A program made the translations under genes and the position numbers. The notes under the pieces are model-generated. The model had not been told where the DNA came from. It worked only from the letters and a program-made list of their open reading frames with translations, and ran no database searches. A stretch of 64,000 nucleotides of DNA, from assembly GCA_902515625.1 (NCBI GenBank), contig CABXVD010000001.1:3961-67960 (forward strand). Direction: 5' to 3'. The stretch's first letter is position 1. Every line of letters starts with the position of its first letter. The DNA comes from an uncultured Pelagibacteraceae bacterium (GTDB lineage Bacteria > Pseudomonadota > Alphaproteobacteria > Pelagibacterales > Pelagibacteraceae). This document shows, in pieces, positions 19,313 to 29,052 of the stretch.

Positions 19313-19340
19313 AAGATATAGTTTTAAACAAATTTGACAA
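19313..19340 (-). promoter_or_regulatory. Putative sigma70 promoter for the hyp-psiE-photolyase operon (near-leaderless)
   Basis: Minus strand TTGTCA-N16-TATCTT, then 6 nt to the ATG at 19306. Confidence 0.45.
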
Positions 19341-19363
19341 ACGATAAATTGACCTAAGATTTA

Positions 19364-20551
19364 TTAAGAACGTAGTTTTTTCTTATGAAAATTAATAAAT
19401 CTTTCAACATTTGTTTTATTAAAGGTTTTATTTTCTTCAAAAGAAACTTTTTTCATAGAGTAGGCTGCACTATTAGTTTGTCTAGAAATAATTGTAACAT
19501 TTCCTTTGTAAAGTTTGAGTTTAACTGAACCATTAACTTTATTTTTACTTAGGTCCACAATTTTTTGGAGTTTAAATCTTTCTTTTGAATACCAATAGCC
19601 ATTGTAAATAAGTTCTGCATATCTTGACATAATTTGATCTTTTTTATGCATTGTATCTTTATCAAGAGTTACAGACTCCATTGCACGATGGGCATGCATT
19701 AACAAAGTACCCCCAGGTGTTTCGTATACACCTCTAGACTTTATTCCAATAAATCTATTTTCAACTAAATCAACTCTGCCAATTCCATTTTTACCCGCAA
19801 GTTGATTTAGTTTTTCTAATAATTTTGCTGGAGAAAGTTTTTTCCCATTGATACCAAATGGATCTCCGTTTTTAAAATTGATAGTAACAAAAGATGCTTT
19901 ATTTGGTGCCTTTTCTGGCGAAACTGATCTTTGAAAAATAAATTCTGGGGCAAAATTTTTGGGATTTTCTAAAAGCTTACCTTCAGTAGAAGTGTGAAAT
20001 AAATTATCGTCCACTGAAAAAGGAGATGCGCCTTTTTTATCCTTTGGAATAGCTATGTTGTGTTTTTTCGCATAATTAATTAGATCAGTTCTTGATTTTA
20101 ATTTCCAAATTCTCCAAGGAGCAATGATTTTTATTTTAGGGCCAAAGTAATGATAGCCTAATTCAAATCTTACTTGATCGTTTCCTTTACCAGTCGCACC
20201 GTGAGAAACTGCAAATGCCTTAAATTTTTTAGCAACTCTAATCTGATCTTTAGCTATGAGTGGTCTTGCTATGGAGGTACCCAACAAGTAGACTCCTTCA
20301 TAAATAGCATGACCTCTGATCATTGGATAAACATAATCTTTTACAAAAATATCTTTTAAATCTTTAATAATTATTTTAGTAACACCAAATTTTTTTGCAT
20401 TAGAGATAATTTTTTTTCTATCAATCTCTTGCCCTACATCTGCGGTGTAACAAATTACTTCTGCATCATAATTTTCTTGAAGCCATTTTAAAATTATAGA
20501 GGTATCAAGCCCTCCAGAGTATGCTAGAACAATTTTTTTTTTTGATTTCAT
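19364..20551 (-). CDS. argG: Argininosuccinate synthase
   Basis: LAYSGGLDTS, HGATGKGNDQVRFE and KSRGVYETPG. Confidence 0.98.
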   Translation of the reverse strand: MKSKKKIVLAYSGGLDTSIILKWLQENYDAEVICYTADVGQEIDRKKIISNAKKFGVTKIIIKDLKDIFVKDYVYPMIRGHAIYEGVYLLGTSIARPLIAKDQIRVAKKFKAFAVSHGATGKGNDQVRFELGYHYFGPKIKIIAPWRIWKLKSRTDLINYAKKHNIAIPKDKKGASPFSVDDNLFHTSTEGKLLENPKNFAPEFIFQRSVSPEKAPNKASFVTINFKNGDPFGINGKKLSPAKLLEKLNQLAGKNGIGRVDLVENRFIGIKSRGVYETPGGTLLMHAHRAMESVTLDKDTMHKKDQIMSRYAELIYNGYWYSKERFKLQKIVDLSKNKVNGSVKLKLYKGNVTIISRQTNSAAYSMKKVSFEENKTFNKTNVERFINFHKKKLRS

Positions 20552-20555
20552 TAAA

Positions 20556-21068
20556 CTAACTACAAGCTTTTCGAGACGCGTTATAAGCTTTAGTAAATCC
20601 TAGCAATGAATAGTGATCAATTGTTTGAGAACCCTTTTGATTGTATCCCGTAATCATTATTCGAGAACCTTTTCTCATTTGCTTAATCATTTTTAGTTCA
20701 ATCTTATTATCAGCAATCCAAGCAAAGCCTTGTTCTTTAATATCAAATTTAAACTTATTTTTTCCTGAGGCAGCAGTAACAGAATTGCTTTTGTTAAATT
20801 CATAGCCTGGGGTGACACTCACTTCATTGGTAATGCTTTCGTTTGGTCTAAAAGCTACAAATAATTTTGCATCTCTCTTGTTTGTTTTTGGAGCTTGCAA
20901 TATAGGTGAGGATTGTGCGAAACAAACTTTTCCATTTGCTTCAGAAACTACCATTGCTTCCCAGTCTTTATATTTACCAATTTTTTTTACTTCTTGAGCT
21001 TGAAGCAGGCTAAAGCTGGTTAAAAATAAAATAATAAAAAAAGCTGTAATTTTTTTAGTTATGGACAT
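20556..21068 (-). CDS. Invasion-associated locus B (IalB)-like periplasmic protein
   Basis: Signal peptide, YKDW...KVCFAQS.P and D.YSLLGFTKAY...C. Confidence 0.8.
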   Translation of the reverse strand: MSITKKITAFFIILFLTSFSLLQAQEVKKIGKYKDWEAMVVSEANGKVCFAQSSPILQAPKTNKRDAKLFVAFRPNESITNEVSVTPGYEFNKSNSVTAASGKNKFKFDIKEQGFAWIADNKIELKMIKQMRKGSRIMITGYNQKGSQTIDHYSLLGFTKAYNASRKACS

Positions 21069-22093
21069 GGATTAGGGTAAATTTTTTGAACATTGTTAAT
21101 TTCTTTAATGACATCTTCTGATAAGTTAACGTTTACACTTTCTATATTTGTTTTCAACTGCTCCATTGTTGTTGCACCAATAATTACACTAGTCATAAAG
21201 TCCTGAATTTCACAAAATTTGATAGACATTTGACTCATATCAAGATTATGTTTCTTGCTTATATTGTAATAAAGCTCTACTGCTTCCTCAGTATTTGGCT
21301 TTCTATATCTTGTCCAAAAATCAAAATCTCTTTCCATTCTTGATCCTTTTGGAAATTTTTTATTTCTATATTTTCCACTCAAATAACCACTTGCAAGTGG
21401 AGAATATGATAAGCATCCGATTTCCTCTCTTATTGATACTTCAGCTAATCCAACCTCGTAAGATCTATTTAACAAACTATATGGGTTCTGGATTGACATC
21501 ATTCGGGGCAAATTTTTGTCCTTTGAGAGTTTAAGAAAGCTCATTGTTCCCCAAGGTGTTTCATTCGATAAACCAATGTATCTAATTTTACCCTGATTTA
21601 TGTATTTGTTTAATTCTTCCAATACATCTTCAAATTGGCTCCAATCATTTTCTTGATGAACATAACCTAATCTTCCAAAGTTATTTACTTTTCTTTCTGG
21701 CCAATGAAGTTGATATAAATCAACATAATCAGTTTTTAATCTTTTAAGACTATTATTTAAAGCGATCTCTAAGTTAGGACTTACAAAACTATTTTCTCCA
21801 TTTCTTAAATAGTCCCTAGCAGGTCCCGCAACTTTAGTTGCAAGAATTACCTTGTCTCTTTTTTTAGTTTTCTCAAACCATTTTCCAATTATTTCTTCTG
21901 TATCGCCGTAAGTTTCTTTTCTGGGAGGTACGGCATATAATTCTGCTGTGTCCCAAAAATTAACTCCCTGGTCTAAAGCAAAGTCCATTTGCTCAAATGC
22001 TTCATTCTGCGTATTTTGTTCTCCCCAAGTCATAGTTCCGAGACAAATTGTGCTTACTTTTAAGTCAGTATTTCCTAGATTTTTGTAATTCAT
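21059..22093 (-). CDS. NADP(H)-dependent aldo/keto reductase (Tas-like)
   Basis: CLGTMTWGEQN, DTAELY, LYQLHWP, GLSNETPWG and QNPYSLLNR. Confidence 0.93.
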   Translation of the reverse strand: MNYKNLGNTDLKVSTICLGTMTWGEQNTQNEAFEQMDFALDQGVNFWDTAELYAVPPRKETYGDTEEIIGKWFEKTKKRDKVILATKVAGPARDYLRNGENSFVSPNLEIALNNSLKRLKTDYVDLYQLHWPERKVNNFGRLGYVHQENDWSQFEDVLEELNKYINQGKIRYIGLSNETPWGTMSFLKLSKDKNLPRMMSIQNPYSLLNRSYEVGLAEVSIREEIGCLSYSPLASGYLSGKYRNKKFPKGSRMERDFDFWTRYRKPNTEEAVELYYNISKKHNLDMSQMSIKFCEIQDFMTSVIIGATTMEQLKTNIESVNVNLSEDVIKEINNVQKIYPNPCP

Positions 22094-22171
22094 TTGAAAA
22101 TTATGTTAACGTTTTATTTACCTTTTAAGGTATCTTGAATAATTAGTAAAAGGCTATTATATAACACTCAT

Positions 22172-22933
22172 ATGAAATTTGATAAAAACGGAATACTAAA
22201 CAGAGCAAAAGCAGCTCAACAATCAACTGTTGTAATGGATGAAGGCTTAAGAGCCTACATGCTAAAAGTTTATAACTACATGGCAACAGGAATTTTATTA
22301 ACTGGAATAGTTGCGCTATTAACATTTAAAATGTCAGTCGTTACTAATGATGCTGGATCTATTGTTGGTCTAACTCAAATGGGTAATGCAATTTATATGT
22401 CAGGTTTAAAATGGCTTGTGATGCTTGCGCCTTTAGGAATTGTTTTTTACATGAGTTTTGGAATTAATAAAATGAGTGCATCAAAAGCTCAGACAACTTT
22501 TTGGGTTTTTGCTGGTTTAATGGGTTTGTCTTTATCCTCAATTTTATTGGTTTACACAGGAATGAGTGTAACTAGAGTTTTCTTTATTTGTTCAGCAACT
22601 TTTGGGGCAATGAGTATTTATGGTTACACTACAAAAAGAGATTTAACTAAATTAGGCTCTTTCTTAATGATGGGATTAATTGGAATAATTATAGCATCAA
22701 TAGTTAATATATTTATGAAATCATCAATGATGTATTTTGTTATATCTATATTAGGAGTTTTAATTTTTGTTGGCCTTACGGCTTATGATACTCAAAAAAT
22801 TAAAAATATGTACGCAGCTAGCGACACCGGTGAAATCATGGGTAAAAAAGCTGTAATGGGTGCTCTTACTCTTTATCTAGACTTTATAAATCTATTTATA
22901 ATGTTGCTAAGACTTTTTGGCCAAAGACGTTAA
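22172..22933 (+). CDS. Bax inhibitor-1/YccA family membrane protein
   Basis: YMLKVYNYM, YGYTTKRDL, AYDTQKIK and ALTLYLDFINLF. Confidence 0.95.
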   Translation: MKFDKNGILNRAKAAQQSTVVMDEGLRAYMLKVYNYMATGILLTGIVALLTFKMSVVTNDAGSIVGLTQMGNAIYMSGLKWLVMLAPLGIVFYMSFGINKMSASKAQTTFWVFAGLMGLSLSSILLVYTGMSVTRVFFICSATFGAMSIYGYTTKRDLTKLGSFLMMGLIGIIIASIVNIFMKSSMMYFVISILGVLIFVGLTAYDTQKIKNMYAASDTGEIMGKKAVMGALTLYLDFINLFIMLLRLFGQRR

Positions 22934-22934
22934 T

Positions 22935-23276
22935 TTAGAGCTTTTTCCAGTTTGTATCTTTTAATAATATTCTAAGTTCAAAAGAATTCTTTAAAATCTT
23001 ACCATTCGTATCTGTAATTAAATATTTAAGATTTTTATTTTTTGGCTTAAAATTTTTACAAATTTTATAAATAGCATTTTCAGCTGCATTTCTAAAAACA
23101 CTAAAGCTTACTTGTTTGCTAGAAATATTTAACCCATAGTCTTTCCAAGATCCTTCAGACACCATTTTTGCATATAGATCCAAAATTATTTTAAGTTCAT
23201 CTTTTTCAAAGAACTGCTTTTGCTCTATTTTATTTTGAGGGTTATTGATTATTAATTTTAGATTACTGCGCATCAA
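22935..23276 (-). CDS. DUF2794 family protein
   Basis: F...EL..ILDLY..MV..G.WKDY...FSVFR pattern. Confidence 0.8.
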   Translation of the reverse strand: MMRSNLKLIINNPQNKIEQKQFFEKDELKIILDLYAKMVSEGSWKDYGLNISSKQVSFSVFRNAAENAIYKICKNFKPKNKNLKYLITDTNGKILKNSFELRILLKDTNWKKL

Positions 23277-23817
23277 TTTTATGTTTATTAATTAGTGGTA
23301 TCTGAAATGCTGTAAAAATTATTGTTATTGGCAACATTCCCCATACTTTAAAGTTAACCCAGAATTCCTCAGTTTGCGTCCTCCAAACAAACTCATTAAG
23401 TACAGCGAGCCCAAGAAAAAACAACATCCATCTTTTATTTAGTATCTCCCATCCAATATCAGATAAGGGTATGGATTTACCCATAATTTTTTTTAAAATA
23501 GGTTCTCTTGTAAAATATTTTCCAAAAAATAAAGCTAAGGCAAATAAAATATTTATTATAGTTGGTTTTACATAAATAAATATTGGATCATTAAAATAAA
23601 TAGTTAGGCCGCCAAAGAATGTGATTAATATTCCACTAACCAATGGCATTGGTGGTATTTTTTTTTCAAAGAACCATACAACTGCCAAAGCAATTAAAGT
23701 TGCAACTATGAGTGGAGGTATTGCAACTGATAAATTTTTATCATTATTATAATAAAAGAAAAAAAATATTGCTAATGGCCCGAAATCGGTAATAAATTTC
23801 AAAAAAGATTTATTCAC
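23263..23817 (-). CDS. yciB: Inner-membrane septation protein A (IspZ/YciB)
   Basis: DFGPL, FGGLT, KPTII, LNEFVWR and WVNFKVWG. Confidence 0.93.
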   Translation of the reverse strand: MNKSFLKFITDFGPLAIFFFFYYNNDKNLSVAIPPLIVATLIALAVVWFFEKKIPPMPLVSGILITFFGGLTIYFNDPIFIYVKPTIINILFALALFFGKYFTREPILKKIMGKSIPLSDIGWEILNKRWMLFFLGLAVLNEFVWRTQTEEFWVNFKVWGMLPITIIFTAFQIPLINKHKIDAQ

Positions 23818-23869
23818 TAAAAAGATATTAACATATTTGCCACATCACAAAACATTAATCTTTTTTGCA

Positions 23870-23897
23870 TTGATTTTTTTATTTAAATACCCATACT
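23870..23897 (+). promoter_or_regulatory. Putative RpoH (sigma32) promoter of hspQ
   Basis: TTGA-N16-CCCATACT, 7 nt upstream of the ATG of a heat-shock gene. Confidence 0.6.
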
Positions 23898-23904
23898 AAT
23901 CATA

Positions 23905-24225
23905 ATGCCAACCCAAAAAGCTAAATTTTCAATAGGCGACATTGTTAAACATAAACACTTTGAATTTAGAGGTGTGATTTATGATGTTGATTTTGAATTT
24001 AACAATTCAGAGGAATGGTATCAATCGATCCCAAAAAATGTCAGACCAAGAAAAGATCAGCCGTTTTACCACTTACTTGCTGAAAATGATGAAATTACTT
24101 ATGAGGCATATGTTTCAGAGCAAAACTTACTTATGGACGACTCCGACGAACCAATAAAACACCCTCTAATTGAAGAAATTTTTTCAGGAAAAAAGGGCTC
24201 AAGCTACTTTAAGCTTTCAAATTAA
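23905..24225 (+). CDS. hspQ: Heat shock protein HspQ (YccV-like)
   Basis: KFSIGDIVKH...FRGVIYDVD...QPFYHLLAEN...AYVSEQNL. Confidence 0.95.
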   Translation: MPTQKAKFSIGDIVKHKHFEFRGVIYDVDFEFNNSEEWYQSIPKNVRPRKDQPFYHLLAENDEITYEAYVSEQNLLMDDSDEPIKHPLIEEIFSGKKGSSYFKLSN

Positions 24226-24289
24226 GCGTATCAACATTCCAACACATTTAGCTCAAATCTAGGCCATAAATATTCATTAATTTTCACTC

Positions 24290-24368
24290 ATATTCTGATC
24301 AAGGATGTTAAACGTTATATTTAGTCTTATTGTCTCCCCCTCTGCATTCTTGATCAGATAACTTTTTC
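24290..24368 (+). ncRNA. Candidate small RNA or structured element with a CU-rich (anti-SD-like) loop
   Basis: 14-bp stem 24294-24307/24345-24358 with one G-U pair on the + strand, 37-nt loop containing TGTCTCCCCCTCTG, followed by a T-run; lies in a 181-bp gap. Confidence 0.45.
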
Positions 24369-24406
24369 ATAATAGAAATTCCAAAATTAATTATTAAATA
24401 ATAGAC

Positions 24407-25114
24407 ATGTTCAAGATTTTAGAACCAAATAAAATTTTTCAAATAACTTCAAAAGCTCCAAAGTATATCTTATTTTTATTTGTTATTGTTTTGACGGTTG
24501 GTTTGACCGAGGCGTTAATTTTGTCTCCAGAGGATTATAAACAAAGTGACGCTGTAAGAATTATGTATGTTCATGTTCCATCAGCATGGATTTCACTTGG
24601 AATTTTTTCATCAATTACTTTGTTATCGATAAGTGGTTTTATTTTTAAGAATAAAAATTTTTTTTTAATAGCAAAAAGTTTAGCACCATCTGGATTTGTT
24701 TTTAACATAATTGCTTTAGTTACAGGTGCGATTTGGGGCAAACCTACATGGGGAACTTGGTGGGCATGGGACGCTCGGATTACATCAATGTTAATTTTAG
24801 CATTATTTTTTGCTATTTATTTAATAGCCTGGAGAATTTATGAGAAAGAAGAAAAAGTTTTTAAGATTACTACCTTTATAACTATTGTCGGTATTATAAA
24901 TGTTCCAATTACTAAATACTCGGTTGATTGGTGGAATACACTTCACCAGCCAGCATCAATTAATATTTTAACAAAAAGCTCAATACATTCTTCAATGCTT
25001 TTCCCGCTATTATTAATGACTGCGGCATTTGCTCTATTTTCGTTGTTAATTTTCTTAATGAAATATAATACAGAACTGATAAAAATTAAAAATAAAGGCT
25101 TAGATAGATTATGA
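24407..25114 (+). CDS. ccmC: Cytochrome c biogenesis heme exporter CcmC
   Basis: YVHVP, WGKPTWGTWWAWDAR and WWNTLHQ. Confidence 0.97.
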   Translation: MFKILEPNKIFQITSKAPKYILFLFVIVLTVGLTEALILSPEDYKQSDAVRIMYVHVPSAWISLGIFSSITLLSISGFIFKNKNFFLIAKSLAPSGFVFNIIALVTGAIWGKPTWGTWWAWDARITSMLILALFFAIYLIAWRIYEKEEKVFKITTFITIVGIINVPITKYSVDWWNTLHQPASINILTKSSIHSSMLFPLLLMTAAFALFSLLIFLMKYNTELIKIKNKGLDRL

Positions 25115-25338
25115 TTAATGAATTACTTTTTATGAATGGATATGCAGTATACGTAATGTCTGCTTTTGGTTTTACTCTTTTAAGTTTTTTAGGCTTGTAT
25201 ATGATTACGAAGCTACAATTTGTTAAAGAGCAAAGTAAATTTGTTGCTAAATTTGGGTCTTTAAATCCTGAAAAAGCTAATTCTGCAAAAATACAAAGAA
25301 TCAATAAAGAAATTTTAGCTAACGCCACAAACAACTAA
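25111..25338 (+). CDS. ccmD: Heme exporter protein CcmD
   Basis: MNGYAVYV.SAFG single-TM pattern; located between ccmC and ccmE. Confidence 0.85.
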   Translation: MINELLFMNGYAVYVMSAFGFTLLSFLGLYMITKLQFVKEQSKFVAKFGSLNPEKANSAKIQRINKEILANATNN

Positions 25339-25348
25339 CTTTTAAACC

Positions 25349-25768
25349 ATGTATGGTCGCAAAGTTAAATTAAGATTTTTGTTTGTAACACTAATTTTAG
25401 TTACATTAGTTTTAACAGTTTTCTTAATTCTAAAATCTTTAGAGGAAAATGTAGTTTTCTTTCAATCACCAACTGAAATTAAAACATTATCAGAATTAGA
25501 TACAAATAAAATTAGAGTTGGAGGAATGGTTAAAAAAAATTCAATTAATGTAAATTCTGATGAAGTTAACTTCATCATTACAGATTTTAAAAATGAAATA
25601 AATGTAAGTTATTCTGGTGCTGTCCCTAATCTCTTTGCTGAGGAAAAAGGGGTAGTTGCAGAAGGATTTTTAAAAGATAGAAATTTTTTTTCTGCCACTA
25701 AAATTTTAGCTAAGCATGATGAAAATTATATGCCACCAGAAGTAAAAGAAGCTTTGGAGGAGAAATAA
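25349..25768 (+). CDS. ccmE: Heme chaperone CcmE
   Basis: IRVGGMV, PNLFAE and [10 protein letters not shown]. Confidence 0.96.
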   Translation: MYGRKVKLRFLFVTLILVTLVLTVFLILKSLEENVVFFQSPTEIKTLSELDTNKIRVGGMVKKNSINVNSDEVNFIITDFKNEINVSYSGAVPNLFAEEKGVVAEGFLKDRNFFSATKILAKHDENYMPPEVKEALEEK

Positions 25769-25769
25769 A

Positions 25770-27644
25770 TTGATTTACAGTGTTGTCGGTCATTACTCAC
25801 TTATCCTAGGTTTATGTGCTGGCTTAATCTTAATTTTTTTTTCAATTCAAAATTTTAAAAACTCAAATCAATTAGACACTAAAATTTTATCGTTTTCGTT
25901 TTTACAATTATTTTTTGTTTTAATTAGTTTTTTAGCTTTAATTATTTCTTTTGTTATCTCAGATTTTAGTAACGAAACTGTATTTAACAATTCACATACG
26001 ACTAAACCACTTTTTTATAAAATTAGTGGAACTTGGGGAAACCACGAGGGAAGCTTGCTGCTATGGTTATTAGTTTTAACATTATTTATATTTATATTTT
26101 TATTAAGAACTAAAAATCAACCAATCAAGTATAAAATTTTAACATTAGGTTTTCAGCAAGTAATTATAATTGGTTTTTTTTTATTTCTCATTCAAACTTC
26201 AAATCCTTTTAATTATTTATTTCCAGTTCCAGATGAGGGCTTAGGATTAAATCCAATATTGCAGGATCCTGCATTAGCAATTCATCCACCAATTTTATAT
26301 TTGGGTTATGTTGGCTCCTCTATTATTTTTTCATCTGCTTTAGCTGCAACCACCTTAAACATGGTTTCAATAAGCTGGGCAGTACATATTAAAAAATGGG
26401 TTTTAATCTCCTGGATTTTTTTAACATTGGGTATTTTACTTGGATCAATTTGGGCTTACTACGAATTAGGTTGGGGAGGATTTTGGTTTTGGGATCCAGT
26501 AGAAAATGTTTCCTTAATGCCCTGGCTAGCTTTGACAACCCTTTTACACTGTATTTTAGTTCTTGAGAGAAAAGAAATTCTAACTTCATGGGTGATCATA
26601 TTGTCCATTGCAACTTTCACCTTGAGCATGTGTGGGACTTTTTTAGTAAGATCTGGAATTCTAAATTCTGTTCATACATTTGCCAATGATCCAGAAAGAG
26701 GCTTATTTATTTTAATATTTTTATTTGCTTTAATTTTTTTGTCTTTATTTATTTTTTTCTTTTTTCATCAAACCAGTAAAAATAATTCGTCTAATTTTTT
26801 TTGGTTAAGTAAAGAAACTTCAATTTTAGTAAATAACTGGTTTATGATGTACTTTCTATCAGTTGTATTAATTGGTACAGTTTATCCTATCTTTTTAGAT
26901 GTAATATCTTCTCAGAAAATATCTGTGGGGCCGCCATTTTATCACAAACTGATTGCCCCATTTTTAATTCCTTTTTTATTTGCGATGGCAATTGGGCCAA
27001 GATTAAAATGGATAAGATCTGATTTAAAAGATAAAATCTATCTAATTTCTTTATTAATTATCTCTATTTTAATATCTTTCTTTATTGTCAAAAATTTTAG
27101 TACGAATATTCTTATTAATACTATCCTAATCTCCAGTGCTCTTTATTTATTTTTTATTACACTGAGAGATTTTTTTAGCAAGAAATATAAAAATTTTGCT
27201 CAAAACACTGCTCATTTTGGATTTAGTTTATTGATTTTAAGTATTTTATTTAACAATTTATTTTCAAGTGAAATAATAACTAATTTAAAAGTAGGTGAAA
27301 CTTATGATAATTCAAAAACAAAAATAGTTTTTGAAAGTATAAATCAAAAAAAAGAGAAAAATTATAAATCTATAATTGCTAACTTTAACATTACTAATTC
27401 CGAAGGTATAAATAACAACTTATCACCTGAATTAAGAATATATAACCAACCTAATATCACAACTAGTGAGGCAGATATTAAAACTACATTAATGAAGGAT
27501 AAATTTATTGTAATTAATCTTGTCCAAAATCAAGATTATTTTAATGTAAGATATCAAGTTAAACCTTTTATGTTGTGGATATGGTTATCAGTTATCATGA
27601 TAAGCTTTGGTGGTATAGTTAGTTTTTTACAAAAAAGAATATGA
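25770..27644 (+). CDS. ccmF: Cytochrome c heme lyase CcmF
   Basis: WGNHEGS, HPP, WGGFWFWDPVEN and SVHTFA. Confidence 0.97.
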   Translation: MIYSVVGHYSLILGLCAGLILIFFSIQNFKNSNQLDTKILSFSFLQLFFVLISFLALIISFVISDFSNETVFNNSHTTKPLFYKISGTWGNHEGSLLLWLLVLTLFIFIFLLRTKNQPIKYKILTLGFQQVIIIGFFLFLIQTSNPFNYLFPVPDEGLGLNPILQDPALAIHPPILYLGYVGSSIIFSSALAATTLNMVSISWAVHIKKWVLISWIFLTLGILLGSIWAYYELGWGGFWFWDPVENVSLMPWLALTTLLHCILVLERKEILTSWVIILSIATFTLSMCGTFLVRSGILNSVHTFANDPERGLFILIFLFALIFLSLFIFFFFHQTSKNNSSNFFWLSKETSILVNNWFMMYFLSVVLIGTVYPIFLDVISSQKISVGPPFYHKLIAPFLIPFLFAMAIGPRLKWIRSDLKDKIYLISLLIISILISFFIVKNFSTNILINTILISSALYLFFITLRDFFSKKYKNFAQNTAHFGFSLLILSILFNNLFSSEIITNLKVGETYDNSKTKIVFESINQKKEKNYKSIIANFNITNSEGINNNLSPELRIYNQPNITTSEADIKTTLMKDKFIVINLVQNQDYFNVRYQVKPFMLWIWLSVIMISFGGIVSFLQKRI

Positions 27645-28159
27645 AAAATAAATTAATTCCATATTCAATAATACTAATTTTTTTAATTATTTTTGCTGTT
27701 TTTTACAAAAGTCTAAAAGACACAAATATTTATACACCAGAGACGAAGATCAATAATGATATTCCAATTTTCTCAGCTGATCTTCTGCTTTTAAATGAGA
27801 ATTCAACCTCAATTGAAATTTTTGAATTAGATAAATTCTATTTATTAAACATTTGGGCCTCTTGGTGTGTTCCATGTAGAGATGAACACCCAATATTGAT
27901 GAGTTTAAGTAAAAATAATAAATTAACTATTATTGGTATGAATTATAAAGATAATAAAAAAAATGCTAAAAGCTTTTTGGATGAATTAGGAAATCCTTAT
28001 GAAAAAATCATTTTAGATAAAAATGGGACAAATTCAATTGAATGGGGAGCTTTTGGTGTACCTGAAACTTTTATAATTTATAATAATAAAATAATTAAAA
28101 AATATATTGGACCCCTTAATCAGGAGTTGTTGATAGAAATACAAAAAATAATAAAATGA
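27641..28159 (+). CDS. ccmG: Thiol:disulfide interchange protein CcmG/DsbE
   Basis: WASWCVPCRDEHP and GVPETF; located in the ccm operon. Confidence 0.93.
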   Translation: MKNKLIPYSIILIFLIIFAVFYKSLKDTNIYTPETKINNDIPIFSADLLLLNENSTSIEIFELDKFYLLNIWASWCVPCRDEHPILMSLSKNNKLTIIGMNYKDNKKNAKSFLDELGNPYEKIILDKNGTNSIEWGAFGVPETFIIYNNKIIKKYIGPLNQELLIEIQKIIK

Positions 28160-28518
28160 AAATATTTAAAAATTTTGTAATTATTTTTCTCTTAATGACT
28201 ATTAATAATCTTAATGCAAATGAAAATAGTGAAAGAAATGAAATCACAAAAAATCTCAGATGCTTGATTTGTCAAGGACAATCAGTTTATGACTCAGACT
28301 CTGATTTTGCAAATAGTATGAAAATTTTAGTAGATAAAAAATTAGATAAAGGTTTATCAGAAAAAGAAATATATATTTATTTTAAGGAAAAATATGGCGA
28401 TTGGATTTTGTATGACCCAGGGCTTAATAAAAATACGTATTTACTATGGTTATTACCAATATTGATATTTGTATTTGGAGGTGCAATAATTTTCAAAAGT
28501 TTTATACTAAAAAAATAA
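28156..28518 (+). CDS. ccmH: Cytochrome c biogenesis protein CcmH/CycL
   Basis: LRCLICQGQS, YGDWILYDP and LLWLLP. Confidence 0.93.
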   Translation: MKIFKNFVIIFLLMTINNLNANENSERNEITKNLRCLICQGQSVYDSDSDFANSMKILVDKKLDKGLSEKEIYIYFKEKYGDWILYDPGLNKNTYLLWLLPILIFVFGGAIIFKSFILKK

Positions 28519-28531
28519 TTATTTATTAGCT

Positions 28532-29044
28532 ATGAATCTAAAAATTTTTTTAACATCATTATTCTTAGTTTTCTTTACTCTTTCAGTAACTGCTGAGGAA
28601 TTAAAAGTAAAAAATCAAAATACAGAATTTAATGTTTATACAGGAATGTTTGATTTTAGCGATGATGGTAAAAAATCTACATTATTAGGTTTTCAACATC
28701 AAAATGAAAATTTAAATAAGGATACTTTTTTAGGAAATCTTTCACCAATCACTGGAGCATTAATCACAGCCGATTCTGCAAGTTATCTCTATACTGGTGT
28801 TCAAGCTCAATATAAGCTTGGAGTATTAAATTTTACCCCAAGTTTTACTCCTGGTTTGTACTTTGAAGGAGATGGAAAAGATTTGGGTCATCTAATTGAA
28901 TTTAAAAGTGAATTACAATTTTCACTAGATTTATCAAAAACAAGTGAATTAGGCTTTTCTTATAATCATTTATCTAATGCGAGCTTAGGAGACAAAAATC
29001 CTGGGGCAAATAGTTATATGTTTAATTTCTTTAAAAACTTTTAA
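28532..29044 (+). CDS. PagL-like lipid A deacylase (acyloxyacyl hydrolase family) outer-membrane barrel
   Basis: Signal peptide, GKDLG...EFKS and HLSNASL..KNPG; ends in Phe. Confidence 0.82.
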   Translation: MNLKIFLTSLFLVFFTLSVTAEELKVKNQNTEFNVYTGMFDFSDDGKKSTLLGFQHQNENLNKDTFLGNLSPITGALITADSASYLYTGVQAQYKLGVLNFTPSFTPGLYFEGDGKDLGHLIEFKSELQFSLDLSKTSELGFSYNHLSNASLGDKNPGANSYMFNFFKNF

Positions 29045-29052
29045 TAAGATTT

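Noticed and set aside
24308-24370. 20-codon minus-strand ORF MKKLSDQECRGGDNKTKYNV overlapping the hairpin
   Set aside because: Very short with no SD or recognisable motif; the G-U pair favours a + strand RNA interpretation.
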